A stretch of 64,000 bases of DNA from an uncultured bacterium (GTDB lineage Bacteria > Patescibacteriota > Saccharimonadia > UBA4664 > SCTI01). Made by a program: the position numbers and the translations under genes. The notes beneath the pieces are model-generated. The model ran no database searches. It saw only the letters and a program-made list of their open reading frames with translations, and had not been told where the DNA came from. The stretch is from assembly GCA_963721685.1 (NCBI GenBank), contig CAVRJJ010000001.1, forward strand, positions 68,555 through 132,554. The letters run 5' to 3'. Shown piece by piece: positions 8,463 through 18,183 of this stretch; position 1 is the stretch's first letter, and each line of letters begins with the position of its first letter.

Positions 8463-10091
8463 ATGAAGCCCCATCATATAAAAACCCTGCGTACACGGAT
8501 TGACGGCAGCCTCACGGATGCCAAAGCGGCGCGCCAATTCTTCGCGACCGATGGGAGCGTGTATAGTAGTATGCCGAGCGCGGTGGTCTATCCACGCCAC
8601 TTACCAGACGTGCAGGCAACGGTTGCTTATGCCCAGGAAGCGGCTACTGCCGGCAAAGGGTTCCATTTGCAGGGACGGGGGTCAGGGACAAACGCCACCG
8701 GCGCCGTGGTGGGAAGCGGAGCAATTGTATCGTTTCCAACCTATCTCAACCGGATCCTGCGTTCCACTAAAGACACTGTAACGATACAGGCCGGGGCCAC
8801 TATTGGCTCGCTCCAAACGGCGTTGCGTACCCAGGGCCGTACCTTGCTCCCGTATGGCCCCTCCCAAGACATCTCTACCATTGGCGGCGCCTTGGCGAGC
8901 CACCGTGCCAGCGGCAGGAGCTTACGCTACGGCGGCGGTGCCGGCTGGGTTAAACGGCTAAAAGTCGTATTGGACGACGGCTCGTTAATTGAAACCCGCC
9001 GCTTAAGCCGCCGCGAGGTAGAGCGTAAAAAGGGCATGATGACGCGCGAGGGAGACCTGTATCGCGGCATTGATGGCATCTTACAGGATGACGTGAGAAC
9101 TATTAAAGAAGCCGAATGGGGTGTTAATAAAAATTCAGTTGGTTATAGGCTTAGCTCGGTACGCGGCCGCGGCGGTTCAATTGACCTTACCCAACTCTTT
9201 ATCGGCTCTCAAGGCACGCTTGGGCTGATCACCGAAGCCACGTTAATTACTAGCCGGTTTGAAGCCCGCACGAACGTGATCGCCGCCAGCTACGACGATA
9301 TTGAGGCTGGCGGGGAAGCCATTTTACGTCTACTCAAGCTTCATCCCAGCCGCATCGAGTGTATTGGCCACCAGCTGCTTAGTGCTGTTTACAACCACCA
9401 GCCGCGCCTTATAACGGGCCTTTTACCGGAGGAGGTTCCCCAGCTGGTTCTGCTGGTTGAATTCGATAACGCATCGCACTTACGCCAAAACATTCTGGGC
9501 CGCCGCGCCGAGCGGCTGGTGCGCTCCACTGCCAGTGCCTATCATGCCACCACCAACCGTCACGAGCAAGCGCGGCTGTGGAACTTGCAGGCCGCCGCGA
9601 TGGTTATCGTAAATGCTAAAGAGGAGCCCGCCCGGCCTTTGCCAATTCTTAACAATGTTGGCGTCCCTATTGCAAAACTGCCGGAGTTTTTTGAGATGAC
9701 CCACAAACTGTTAAAGAAGCACAGGCTTACTGCCGCTATCTGGGGGAACATCGGTGCCGGCTTAATGCAGGTGTTTCCCTATATGACTCTTTCTAAGGCC
9801 AAAGACCGCAAGCTCGTGCCTAAACTCATGGACGAATTCTACGGCTCGGTTATTAAGATGGGGGGAACCATCGCAGGCGAAGGCGGTGACGGCTTATTGA
9901 AGGGCACTTACCTGGAGCGGCAATGCGGCCGCGAAATGGCGGATGTCTTTCACAAAGTAAAGCAACTCTGTGATCCGAACAGTATTTTTAACCCTGGCAT
10001 TAAGCTGGGAGCCACTAAGCAGAAACAGGAAGAGTTGTTGCGTTCCGAATACACCGTTGGCCATCCTTACGACCGCCTCCCGTATCGTTAA
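8463..10091 (+). CDS. FAD-binding oxidoreductase (GlcD / FAD-linked oxidase family)
   Basis: 542 aa with an FAD-binding PCMH-type region (GRGSGTNATGAVVG...) and a C-terminal oxidase domain. Confidence 0.7.
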   Translation: MKPHHIKTLRTRIDGSLTDAKAARQFFATDGSVYSSMPSAVVYPRHLPDVQATVAYAQEAATAGKGFHLQGRGSGTNATGAVVGSGAIVSFPTYLNRILRSTKDTVTIQAGATIGSLQTALRTQGRTLLPYGPSQDISTIGGALASHRASGRSLRYGGGAGWVKRLKVVLDDGSLIETRRLSRREVERKKGMMTREGDLYRGIDGILQDDVRTIKEAEWGVNKNSVGYRLSSVRGRGGSIDLTQLFIGSQGTLGLITEATLITSRFEARTNVIAASYDDIEAGGEAILRLLKLHPSRIECIGHQLLSAVYNHQPRLITGLLPEEVPQLVLLVEFDNASHLRQNILGRRAERLVRSTASAYHATTNRHEQARLWNLQAAAMVIVNAKEEPARPLPILNNVGVPIAKLPEFFEMTHKLLKKHRLTAAIWGNIGAGLMQVFPYMTLSKAKDRKLVPKLMDEFYGSVIKMGGTIAGEGGDGLLKGTYLERQCGREMADVFHKVKQLCDPNSIFNPGIKLGATKQKQEELLRSEYTVGHPYDRLPYR

Positions 10092-10131
10092 AAAGCATGG
10101 TACTATTTCTAGGGTCAACAAACACCGGTGC

Positions 10132-10218
10132 GCGGGCGTGGTGGAATGGTAGACACGCCAGCTTGAGGGGCTGGTGGCCGCTTAGGCCGTGGAGGTTCAA
10201 GTCCTCTCGTCCGCACCA
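10132..10218 (+). tRNA. tRNA-Leu (anticodon GAG)
   Basis: Manual fold: acceptor GCGGGCG/CGTCCGC (one G-U), anticodon stem CCAGC/GCTGG, loop TTGAGGG, long variable arm, T-loop GGTTCAAGTCC, encoded CCA. Confidence 0.8.
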
Positions 10219-10228
10219 ATAACAATTA

Positions 10229-10305
10229 GGGCGATTAGCTCAGCTGGTTAGAGCACCTCGTTTACACCGAGGGGGTCGCGGGTTCGAATCCCTCATCGCC
10301 CACCA
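10229..10305 (+). tRNA. tRNA-Val (anticodon TAC)
   Basis: GGGCGATTAGCTCAGCTGGTTAGAGC..., anticodon stem CCTCG/CGAGG, loop TTTACAC, T-loop GGTTCGAATCC, encoded CCA. Confidence 0.85.
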
Positions 10306-10313
10306 TCTTACCT

Positions 10314-10589
10314 ATGAAATTAACAGAAAAAATCATCAATGAACGATTGGTGGAAATTCCAGGCTGGAAATTTTCCGATGATCGCCTGTACCGTGAATTT
10401 TCATTTAAGGATTTTGTTATCGCATTTACATTCATGATAAAAGTTGCGGAAATTGCCGAACAACGCAACCATCACCCTGATTGGACGAACATTTACAATA
10501 AAGTGACAATTCGGCTTAACACTCATGCCTTCGGAGGGGTCACGGATAAAGATTTTCAGTTAGCTAAAGAAATTAACACCTTGATTTAA
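10314..10589 (+). CDS. Pterin-4a-carbinolamine dehydratase (PCD/DCoH)
   Basis: EIPGWKF...DFVIAFTFMIKVAEIAEQRNHHPDWTNIYNKVTIRLNTH is the PCD signature ([EDKH]-x(3)-H(2)-P...). Confidence 0.8.
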   Translation: MKLTEKIINERLVEIPGWKFSDDRLYREFSFKDFVIAFTFMIKVAEIAEQRNHHPDWTNIYNKVTIRLNTHAFGGVTDKDFQLAKEINTLI

Positions 10590-10639
10590 TTGAAAAGCGA
10601 CACTATTTTCGCTATTATCTCTAGGTCGCGTTAGTACTC

Positions 10640-10715
10640 GGCGAGATAGCTCAGTTGGTAGAGCAGTGGCTTGAAGAGCCTCGTGTCCTCGGTTCGAGTC
10701 CGAGTCTCGCCACCA
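10640..10715 (+). tRNA. tRNA-Phe (anticodon GAA)
   Basis: GGCGAGATAGCTCAGTTGGTAGAGC, anticodon loop TTGAAGA (one U-U mismatch in the stem), T-loop GGTTCGAGTCC, encoded CCA. Confidence 0.8.
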
Positions 10716-10726
10716 AATATACACAT

Positions 10727-10802
10727 GCGGGTGTAGCTCAGCTGATAGAGCGCTTCCTTGCCAAGGAAGAGGTCCAGGGTTTGAGTCCCTGTACCCGCAC
10801 CA
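10727..10802 (+). tRNA. tRNA-Gly (anticodon GCC)
   Basis: GCGGGTGTAGCTCAGCTGATAGAGC, anticodon stem CTTCC/GGAAG, loop TTGCCAA, T-loop GGTTTGAGTCC, encoded CCA. Confidence 0.8.
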
Positions 10803-10957
10803 AAACGAATTTATAGATACTGCGCATCTTAATGGTGTGCTTTATTTTTTACGCTTATCTGTTAACGGTTTTAGTCTCGATTTCAACATTACTAACAAGC
10901 ATATATTTAAACTGGAAACTGTTGTAAGATGTCTTTTTTGTTATCATTATTCTATGC

Positions 10958-11466
10958 CTCAAACAAAAGATTTAATCGTTAACCATATATTTAATGCCCC
11001 AATCGAAAAAGTCTGGCAAGTCTGGACAGCAGAAAGATTCGTACAACGGTGGTGGGGAGTAGATGGCTTTACGAATATTTTGGCAAAAATGGATGTGCGT
11101 GAAAGCGGCATTTCGCATGTAGGAATGCGCGCCTCTAAAGAATACGGTGGATTGGATTATTACAATGTCTTTGAATATACACAAGTTGTTCCGCACAAGC
11201 TCATTAAATTCATAAGTAATTTTGCGGACGAGCAAGGAAATATAATTCCCCCCACACAAGCAGGCTTACCTGCAGAGACAGCTATGAATAAAAAACAGCA
11301 AGTTGAATTCGAAGCATTAGATGATACAAAAACCAAGGTCACTATTACAGAGTTTGGGTGGCTCGCAGACGGTATAATGCTTGAACGATCGCGGCGTGGA
11401 CTTGAGCAAACCTTATTAAACATTGATAAAGTATTAGAGGATGTAACGTCATGGACAAAGCAATAA
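10958..11466 (+). CDS. SRPBCC-fold protein (AHSA1 / polyketide-cyclase-like); upstream extension to 10837 unlikely
   Basis: VNHIFNAPIEKVWQVWTAERFVQRWWG is a typical SRPBCC/Aha1-like N-terminus. Low-GC gene. Confidence 0.55.
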
Positions 11467-12240
11467 ATGAATAAGACTAATTCTCAAGACGCAACAACTA
11501 TTGCCTTTGATAAAAAAGGCCAAGGACCGCTATTGATTTTGGTACTTGGAGCCTTGAACAGGCGTAGCCAAGGAAAAAAACTTACCGAGCTACTTTCTGA
11601 CCAATTCACTGTAGTGAGTTATGACCGGCGCGGTCGAGGTGACAGCACTGATACGCTGCCCTACACAATCAATAAAGAAGTTGAAGATATTGAAACATTA
11701 ATCAATGAATTAGGCGGGGAGGCGTACTTGTACGGACACTCATCAGGCTGCGTACTTGCACTCATGGTAGCAAAAGAACTAGGCGGCAAAGTTAAAGGCT
11801 TAGTACTGTATGAACTCCCGTATAACGCTGATCCAGCCGCTAAGACTGCTTCAGAAGTTTACAGAAAAGAACTTAAACGGCTCCTCGATGAAGATAATCG
11901 TGACGACGCGGTTGCCTTATTTGTAAAATCGGTGGGAGTAAGTGATAAGCAAATTGCAGCCATGGAACGTTTACCTATGTGGAAAGGTTTGACTGCCATG
12001 GCTCATACACTTGCTTATGACACTATCGAGCTTATGGAACAGTACCCAAAACTAGATACTAAAACCATAGATACAAGATCATTAGTCTTATATGGGGCTA
12101 ACAGCCCTGACTTCATGGGCGAGACAGCAAAGAAACTTTCAGAGACCATGCCTAATGCTCAGCTCCGTTCTCTTGACGGACAGTCTCACGATGTTAAGGC
12201 TGATGTTATCGCTCCGGTGTTGGCTAAATTTCTTCTTTAA
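11467..12240 (+). CDS. Alpha/beta-fold hydrolase
   Basis: GHSSG nucleophile elbow (YLYGHSSGCVLAL) with His near the C-terminus (GQSHDV). Starts one codon after the upstream TAA. Confidence 0.7.
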   Translation: MNKTNSQDATTIAFDKKGQGPLLILVLGALNRRSQGKKLTELLSDQFTVVSYDRRGRGDSTDTLPYTINKEVEDIETLINELGGEAYLYGHSSGCVLALMVAKELGGKVKGLVLYELPYNADPAAKTASEVYRKELKRLLDEDNRDDAVALFVKSVGVSDKQIAAMERLPMWKGLTAMAHTLAYDTIELMEQYPKLDTKTIDTRSLVLYGANSPDFMGETAKKLSETMPNAQLRSLDGQSHDVKADVIAPVLAKFLL

Positions 12241-12340
12241 AATTCATAGCGGAATACAGCCTAACTCAAGTAGTAGTAATACTTTTTGTATCTGTTAATA
12301 TGGTTATAACTTCAGCAACCGTGCTGCACCATTCGCAACT

Positions 12341-12368
12341 TTGAGCCCATTTAGGGCTCTTTTTTATC
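12341..12368 (+). terminator. Rho-independent terminator after the alpha/beta hydrolase
   Basis: GAGCCC-ATTTA-GGGCTC hairpin followed by TTTTTTA. Confidence 0.55.
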
Positions 12369-12525
12369 TGTTAATTCTGGGTTTTTAACACCTCTTATTC
12401 CTAGCAGAAGGAGTTAAGACGAAAAGTTTAGAAAGAAGGCTGCTTATTAGAGAAGATGATGGAAATAAGAATGCGTTTTAACCTAATTACCACAATGCCA
12501 TATTCAAACTGTTATATTCAAAACC

Positions 12526-12747
12526 ATGATTAAACTATTAAAAAAGAAATCGTTAATAATTGTTATTTCTCTTTTTATAGTATGCGGAAGACTTATTGCA
12601 TATTATGCAAATAACAAAAATGTTCCACTTATCAAGAAATACCCAAAAACAAAATTTAGTAGTGGATACGAGCAAAACGCTTTTATCTACAGCTGTTCCA
12701 AAGAAATAGAGTGTATATTACACTGGTGTAACAAATCACGAATTTAA
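12526..12747 (+). CDS. Hypothetical small membrane protein (73 aa)
   Basis: AT-rich ORF with one N-terminal TM helix and no motif. Coding status is uncertain. Confidence 0.3.
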   Translation: MIKLLKKKSLIIVISLFIVCGRLIAYYANNKNVPLIKKYPKTKFSSGYEQNAFIYSCSKEIECILHWCNKSRI

Positions 12748-12766
12748 GGGTGGCGGACCAGAGTAT

Positions 12767-13159
12767 TTGCCAGTTAGCCAAGAGGAAGCTAAAAAATACT
12801 GCAGAAGCGAAGGAGTCATTGAGTATCGTGCAGTATTTGATATCCTTAAAAGAGAAGACGTTAGTAGTATCATTGCTAAATATGACACGACGCAAGCTTG
12901 GGTCAGGGCTCTTGGCCATAAATATATACACGCCAAGGAATACCTAAAGCGTATATTGCCTGCATATAGCGATATGAAGATAGACTGCATTATCGTGGTG
13001 CACTCGCCAGAAAGTACTAGATTCTTCATCGAGGATGGTGAAAAACACAAAAGCCATCATGACCATCATTACCGCGAAGTTCCAGCTCAAGAATTTCTGA
13101 CATCACTCAATAATGCACCAGACACAGACGTAACTAGCTTTTGGCTAGGCTTGCATTAA
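12767..13159 (+). CDS. Hypothetical protein (130 aa) with a His-rich stretch HKSHHDHHY
   Basis: ORF in the low-GC accessory segment. No recognisable family. Confidence 0.4.
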   Translation: MPVSQEEAKKYCRSEGVIEYRAVFDILKREDVSSIIAKYDTTQAWVRALGHKYIHAKEYLKRILPAYSDMKIDCIIVVHSPESTRFFIEDGEKHKSHHDHHYREVPAQEFLTSLNNAPDTDVTSFWLGLH

Positions 13160-13317
13160 GCCACGTCCAGCAAATCTCTAAGAAGTAATGTTTTACTTTC
13201 GTAGCTAATAGCGCACCATTGAAATCACCAAGATTTACATCTGTTAAGTACCGACAAAATTGGTGTTTTTAACTAAACCCAAACAGAACTCAAACGCACC
13301 CTTTTGTTATAGTTAGT

Positions 13318-13735
13318 AATTTAGAAATAGATTAAATATAACGAGTAGTCCGACGCTCGCTACGACAGTCGGAATTGCGATAAATGAACTTAAATACCCT
13401 GCAAAGCCCTGCGACAAAGCTGCGGCTGAGGCAATGCCACCAGCAACCATAGCAAGACCAATTAGTACATTTAGCCACCGCTTGCCGAAGGCATTGTGCT
13501 AATACACAGAAACGCTGGCACTTACTGGATAGGGCCCAGCCAGCTCCCTGTATGAAAAGGCTGTGAACGCAGCAGTAATCGTTGCGATTAAGAAAGCCAG
13601 TGTGATACTGGTTCCAGCAAATCCAGCAACTTTTCCTACCAGAACATCAATACCCGCCCCGAGTATATTACCCAGACCATATAAGGTAACGAGCGGAAGA
13701 CCGAGCGACCGTTTTAACTTTACGCTACTGCTCAT
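13318..13735 (-). pseudogene. APC-family amino-acid permease, N-terminal fragment interrupted by an in-frame TAG
   Basis: Minus-strand translation gives ...LVTLYGLGNILGAGI...AGPYPVSASVSVY*HNAFGKRWLNVLIGLAMVAGG...FNLFLNY*. This is a single frame with an internal TAG at 13499-13501, and only about 140 of the roughly 450 aa expected remain. Confidence 0.55.
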
Positions 13736-13889
13736 GCTTTTTATTCTAACAGTTCACAGGCTTATATTATGGGCTACAGACCTTTAAACCAACATGCTTG
13801 AGATGGTTACTTGTTTTGTTTAAGTGCGACAGTTGCCACACAAAATTGACATACGTATGGTATGGTGGTACAATATACAATACTGTTTA

Positions 13890-14162
13890 GGAGATGTAAT
13901 GTTTGAGGTTCTAAAAAACTCGCTTAATAGCTGGAATGTACAAAAGAGCGAACGACAAAAGCTACAGCATGCTTATTTAGCTTTGACTGTATTGGTAGTA
14001 TTGCTTGCAGGGATTATAAGCCTATTTGACGGTGAGCTGGGCCATAACATAGTGCTTGTGGCGCTAATTGCTATTGGAGCTTACTTTGTAAATTCAATTG
14101 TGTGGAATCTGTTGCAGGCTTCATTGCTTGATAAGCTATCAACTAAACCCAAAAGAAAATAA
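13890..14162 (+). CDS. Hypothetical small 2-TM membrane protein
   Basis: MFEVLKNSLNSWNV...ALTVLVVLLAGIISLF...VLVALIAIGAYFV. Followed by a hairpin at 14177-14204. Confidence 0.4.
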   Translation, partial: GDVMFEVLKNSLNSWNVQKSERQKLQHAYLALTVLVVLLAGIISLFDGELGHNIVLVALIAIGAYFVNSIVWNLLQASLLDKLSTKPKRK

Positions 14163-14378
14163 GAATATTTAGCTAATTAGGAACATGGGAGTTCCTAATT
14201 TATTCGGTAGATTTCTGGTATTCTCTAAGAAATAGCGTTTTACTTTCGTAGCTTAACGCGCACCGAATGGGAATTATCGGACGCTTCTGTGTCCTTTTTT
14301 TATTGTTGTTAATCTGTGGAAGAGTATTGAATGTTAAAATCAGATAGGAACTAACTTAAATGAAAGCGAGTATATAAA

Positions 14379-14759
14379 ATGGCAAAATATGTTGATGGTT
14401 TTGTACTGGTAGTTCCTAAAGGAAAAGAAGCTGAATACCAGAAAATGGCAGAAGAAGGGCGTGATTCATGGATGAAGCACGGTGCGCTTCAATACTTTGA
14501 ATGCAGAGGTGATGATCTGAAGCAGCAGGAAATGGGTGATCATAAATCACGTGCTTATAAAGAAATGGCTGGTGCGGGTGACGATGAAAACGTCTGGTTC
14601 TCATTTATTGTTTTTGAATCTAAAGAACATCGCGATGAAGTAAACAAGAAAGTTATTGCTGAGATGGATGAAACATATAGCGATCAGACTGACTTTGAAA
14701 TGCCGAACGATATGAAGAAAATGGCGTACGGTGGCTTTGCGGTAGCAGTTGAGGGTTAA
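14379..14759 (+). CDS. DUF1428-family protein
   Basis: MAKYVDGFVLVVPKGKEAEYQKMAEEG...WMKHGALQYFEC matches the DUF1428 N-terminal pattern. Confidence 0.55.
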   Translation: MAKYVDGFVLVVPKGKEAEYQKMAEEGRDSWMKHGALQYFECRGDDLKQQEMGDHKSRAYKEMAGAGDDENVWFSFIVFESKEHRDEVNKKVIAEMDETYSDQTDFEMPNDMKKMAYGGFAVAVEG

Positions 14760-14869
14760 GATCAAAAATATGGAGAAGGGATTTAGAAATGTCTTATATA
14801 AAAGCTAAAAGCCTATAAAATTAGCAGATATGAAATTAATAAAATCTAATCTAAAAAGAATGGATAACG

Positions 14870-15661
14870 TTGGCATCGTGGTTCGGGAAAAGTTCGCTGA
14901 TTAACCAAACGTTTGTGAAGGCCTATCCCGATGCAATCATGATTGACCAGTCGGGCGTGGGTGTAAACAGCCGCTCGAACCCAGCTACCTACACCGGAAT
15001 CATGGACGTGATCCGCAAAATTTTCGCGTTGGCAAATAAGGTCGACGCCTCATTATTTAGCTTCAACTCGAAAGGCGGTTGCGAAAACTGCCAGGGGACG
15101 GGATATGTCGCGACCGACTTGGCATTTTTAGATGAAGCGAAACTGGTTTGTGAAATCTGCGAAGGAAAGCGCTTCAAGGAGGAGGTGCTTGCGTATACCT
15201 TCAATAGTAAAACTATCACCGATGTTCTTGCTATGACCATTGCTGAATCCTTGGAATTCTTTGAAGACAAGGAAATCAGCAAGAAGCTGCGGGCGATGAA
15301 TGATGTTGAGCTGGACTACCTGACCCTGGGGCAGCCGCTTAGTACGCTGTCTGGCGGTGAATGCCAGCGCCTCAAATTGGCGGGCGAACTGCACAAAAAA
15401 GGCAGCATTTACGTTATGGATGAACCGACAACTGGCCTGCATACCTCCGACATCCAGCATCTGCTGGATATTATGAACCGTCTGGTTGATGGCGGGGACA
15501 CCGTTGTTGTCATCGAACATAATCTTGGCGTTATCAGGCAGGCGGATTGGCTTATCGATATGGGGCCGGAAGGCGGCAAACGCGGAGGCAAAGTCTTGTT
15601 TGAAGGAATCCCCGCTGACCTTAAAAGCTCCAAAGATTCCTTCACCGCCCAGTATATTTAG
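14870..15661 (+). pseudogene. UvrA-like excinuclease ABC subunit A, 5'-truncated remnant (C-terminal ABC domain only)
   Basis: Begins inside a Walker A (..FGKSSLIN). Contains a zinc-finger-like CENCQGTGY...CEICEGKR, the ABC signature LSGGECQRLKLA, Walker B YVMDEPTTGLH and a UvrA C-terminus. At 263 aa it is far shorter than the roughly 950 aa expected. Confidence 0.65.
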
Positions 15662-15785
15662 AGGGGTGTTTCTTGCTTCGTATAAAAAGGGATGTGAAGA
15701 CAAGGCTGGCTCTTTTGGCAAAAGTTTTCGATAGAAGCTTTGAGAATATTCTTCCTGCTTTGTTTTTAGCGTATAATTTCAGTAT

Positions 15786-16031
15786 ATGAGTAACGATGAA
15801 AGCACTAGGCTATTCAATTATATTGCTAAACGTTTTGATCATATCGATAGGTCATTGGAGGAAAAGGCCAGTGCCTCTGATATGCGTAGAGTATTAGATC
15901 TACTAGATGCACAGGCCAAACGCCAGGAAATCTCAGATGACGAAAGGATTGTCATGGGGCATCAGCTCGATCGCTTAAATCGCTGGACGCATGAACTGGC
16001 TAAGAAGATTGGGCATGAGCTTTCCAGCTAA
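15786..16031 (+). CDS. Hypothetical protein (81 aa)
   Basis: ORF only; charged and predicted helical. Confidence 0.3.
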   Translation: MSNDESTRLFNYIAKRFDHIDRSLEEKASASDMRRVLDLLDAQAKRQEISDDERIVMGHQLDRLNRWTHELAKKIGHELSS

Positions 16032-16105
16032 TCATTTCAGATCTTGCTAAGCAATAACGTTAAGTCTTAACTTATAGAAAAGCCTTTTTGCTATACTTAT
16101 ATCCC

Positions 16106-16837
16106 ATGAAAGGCAAAATAATTTTAATCACTGGTTCATCCCGAGGCATTGGGGCAGCCACGGCTAAGCTAGCTGTTGAACGGGGCGCCAAAGTTATACT
16201 TCATGGCAGCAAGCAAACAGAAGGGCTTAAGAAGTTTGCCCGCTCCCTGGGCTGTGACTATATTGTAGGGGATGTCTCGGATAAACCGGCAATTCAGAAA
16301 GCAATAACTACTGCGATTGAACGCATAGGCAGGATTGACGTGCTTATAAATAGTGCTGGCATTGTTGTTCCTAAGCCATTTCTTGAAAGTGATGATGAAA
16401 ATTGGCTCAATCAGTTTAGCGTTAATGTTCTGGGTGTTGTGCACTGCGTCCAGGCTGTTATTCCCTATATGCAAAAGGCAGACACTGGTCGCATAGTGAA
16501 TGTTTCCTCAACTCGCGGCCATGCGTCTTTGGCGGCGGGGAGGAATACCGCGTATTCGGCCAGTAAAGCAGCGGTAATAAACCTCACGTCGTCTCTGGCT
16601 AAAGAATACGCCCCAAACATAGCCGTAAACGCGGTTTCCCCTAGTTTTACGTTAACCGATATCAGCGAGACCTGGAATGATACGGTTTGGAAACAGGTTG
16701 AGATGTCGCTTTTGGGCCGGGTGGCTCAGCCTAAAGAGATTGCGCAAGCTATCTTATTCCTGGCTAGCGACCAAGCCAGCTTCATTACCGGGCAAACATT
16801 GCTTGTAGATGGTGGGTATGAGATATCCGGGAAATAG
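16106..16837 (+). CDS. SDR-family oxidoreductase (3-oxoacyl-ACP reductase-like)
   Basis: TGSSRGIG cofactor motif, NSAG, and a catalytic S...YSASK triad. Confidence 0.8.
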   Translation: MKGKIILITGSSRGIGAATAKLAVERGAKVILHGSKQTEGLKKFARSLGCDYIVGDVSDKPAIQKAITTAIERIGRIDVLINSAGIVVPKPFLESDDENWLNQFSVNVLGVVHCVQAVIPYMQKADTGRIVNVSSTRGHASLAAGRNTAYSASKAAVINLTSSLAKEYAPNIAVNAVSPSFTLTDISETWNDTVWKQVEMSLLGRVAQPKEIAQAILFLASDQASFITGQTLLVDGGYEISGK

Positions 16838-16859
16838 CTCCATTCAAACTTAGGCCTCG

Positions 16860-17690
16860 CTACTTATCATGGCTCTTTTGCCGACATACAAATACTAAAC
16901 TTATCACCTGAAAGATAACGACTGTAAGAACCAAAATAATGAAGCGGCCACGGGTTTCTGTGGAGATCAGGTAGCCAAATAGATCAGCCACTATGTCATA
17001 AGGGTGCGTAACACCTTCCCAACTGTTCCATCGCCCAAAGCGGCCAATGTACACGCCGGCGGCCGAGAGCAGCATAATCAGCACTATAGCTGTGTTAGTA
17101 AGGAGCGGTGAGGTGCGTTTCTTGAAGTAATTATAGGCGTGGTAGAGCGCCAAGCCGCCCACATAAGCACCAAAAGCGGTAGCCGCGAACAGTATGAGCG
17201 TGTCGTACACATAAAGACCCGAGCCGCGCTCATAAAACAAGGAGTAGGTTTTAGTGTCGTGGCGGGCATTAACTACGACACTTGAGTTTAAATGCATAAA
17301 ATCAGTGATGATATAGAAGGCATTGGGTAAGAATAGCAGCCATAAACCGGCTGCCGCTAACGAACTAATTTTAGCAATCCACCCGGTAAGGTGGTGCTGA
17401 ATAACCGGAAATACTCGTGCAATTAAGAGGGGAACCGACGCTAAAAAGATATTCCAAACAATGAAGTCGTAGCGGAGGTTGCCGGTAATCACGATACGAA
17501 GGAGGTATAGCAAGATAATTGCTGCAGCGCTTATGAGAATTCCTGAACGTAGCATTGATAGTAGTATCTCATAAATCAACATGCCGGGCCGTTTGCTACA
17601 ATGACGGCATGGATATTGAACAAGCAATTCGTGACAACCTCGAGCCAACGGTACACATGTCGCTGGCAACATCCGCGAATAACAAGCCAT
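16860..17690 (-). CDS. Polytopic membrane protein, unknown function (the start may be internal)
   Basis: Multiple hydrophobic helices. The N-terminal 40 aa of the longest ORF are Cys/Arg-rich, so the true start is probably the M at about 17585. Confidence 0.45.
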   Translation of the reverse strand: MACYSRMLPATCVPLARGCHELLVQYPCRHCSKRPGMLIYEILLSMLRSGILISAAAIILLYLLRIVITGNLRYDFIVWNIFLASVPLLIARVFPVIQHHLTGWIAKISSLAAAGLWLLFLPNAFYIITDFMHLNSSVVVNARHDTKTYSLFYERGSGLYVYDTLILFAATAFGAYVGGLALYHAYNYFKKRTSPLLTNTAIVLIMLLSAAGVYIGRFGRWNSWEGVTHPYDIVADLFGYLISTETRGRFIILVLTVVIFQVISLVFVCRQKSHDK

Positions 17691-18079
17691 GGGTGTGCGA
17701 GGTGCATTTTGTCTTTGACGAGGATCTCAACCTCTATTTTCATTCATCGCCCTCACGCCGGCACAGCCAAGAGATCATAAATAATCCTTATGTGGCCGGC
17801 AATATCGTCCGGCAGTTTGCGCAGGGCGATAAAATTGCCGGCGTGTATTTTGAGGGTGCAGCCAGGCAGTTAGGGCCGGGTGAGGAGCAGTTGAAAGCCT
17901 TTGAGTGCTACAAAGCGCGTTTGGGCATGAGCGACAATGCGCTTGAAGACACCAAACAGGCCGACAAAGGACAGTTTTATAAGATAGTAGTTGAAAATTT
18001 TTATTTCTTTGGGTGGCTGGGTGATCTACCGCCGAAAAAATACCAACTTGCATGGAACGGCGGGAGTAAGCGAATTTAA
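17606..18079 (+). CDS. Pyridoxamine 5'-phosphate oxidase-like FMN-binding split-barrel protein
   Basis: ...PTVHMSLATSANNKPWVCEVHFVFDEDLNLYFHSS is typical of the PNPOx-like family. Confidence 0.6.
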   Translation, partial: GMDIEQAIRDNLEPTVHMSLATSANNKPWVCEVHFVFDEDLNLYFHSSPSRRHSQEIINNPYVAGNIVRQFAQGDKIAGVYFEGAARQLGPGEEQLKAFECYKARLGMSDNALEDTKQADKGQFYKIVVENFYFFGWLGDLPPKKYQLAWNGGSKRI

Positions 18080-18183
18080 GACCGCACCATACCGCCATTT
18101 CGGTGCAGAATCTTGATGAATCATTATCCTGACGGTGTGTGGGTTGAGGTGGTCAAAGACGACCGTTACCTTTAAATCCGGTA

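Noticed and set aside
10837-10957. N-terminal 40-aa extension of the SRPBCC gene
   Set aside because: The extension is AT-rich, has no SD and reads as non-protein-like (MLYFLRLSVNGFSLDFNITNKH...). The conserved SRPBCC N-terminus begins at the internal Met at 10958.
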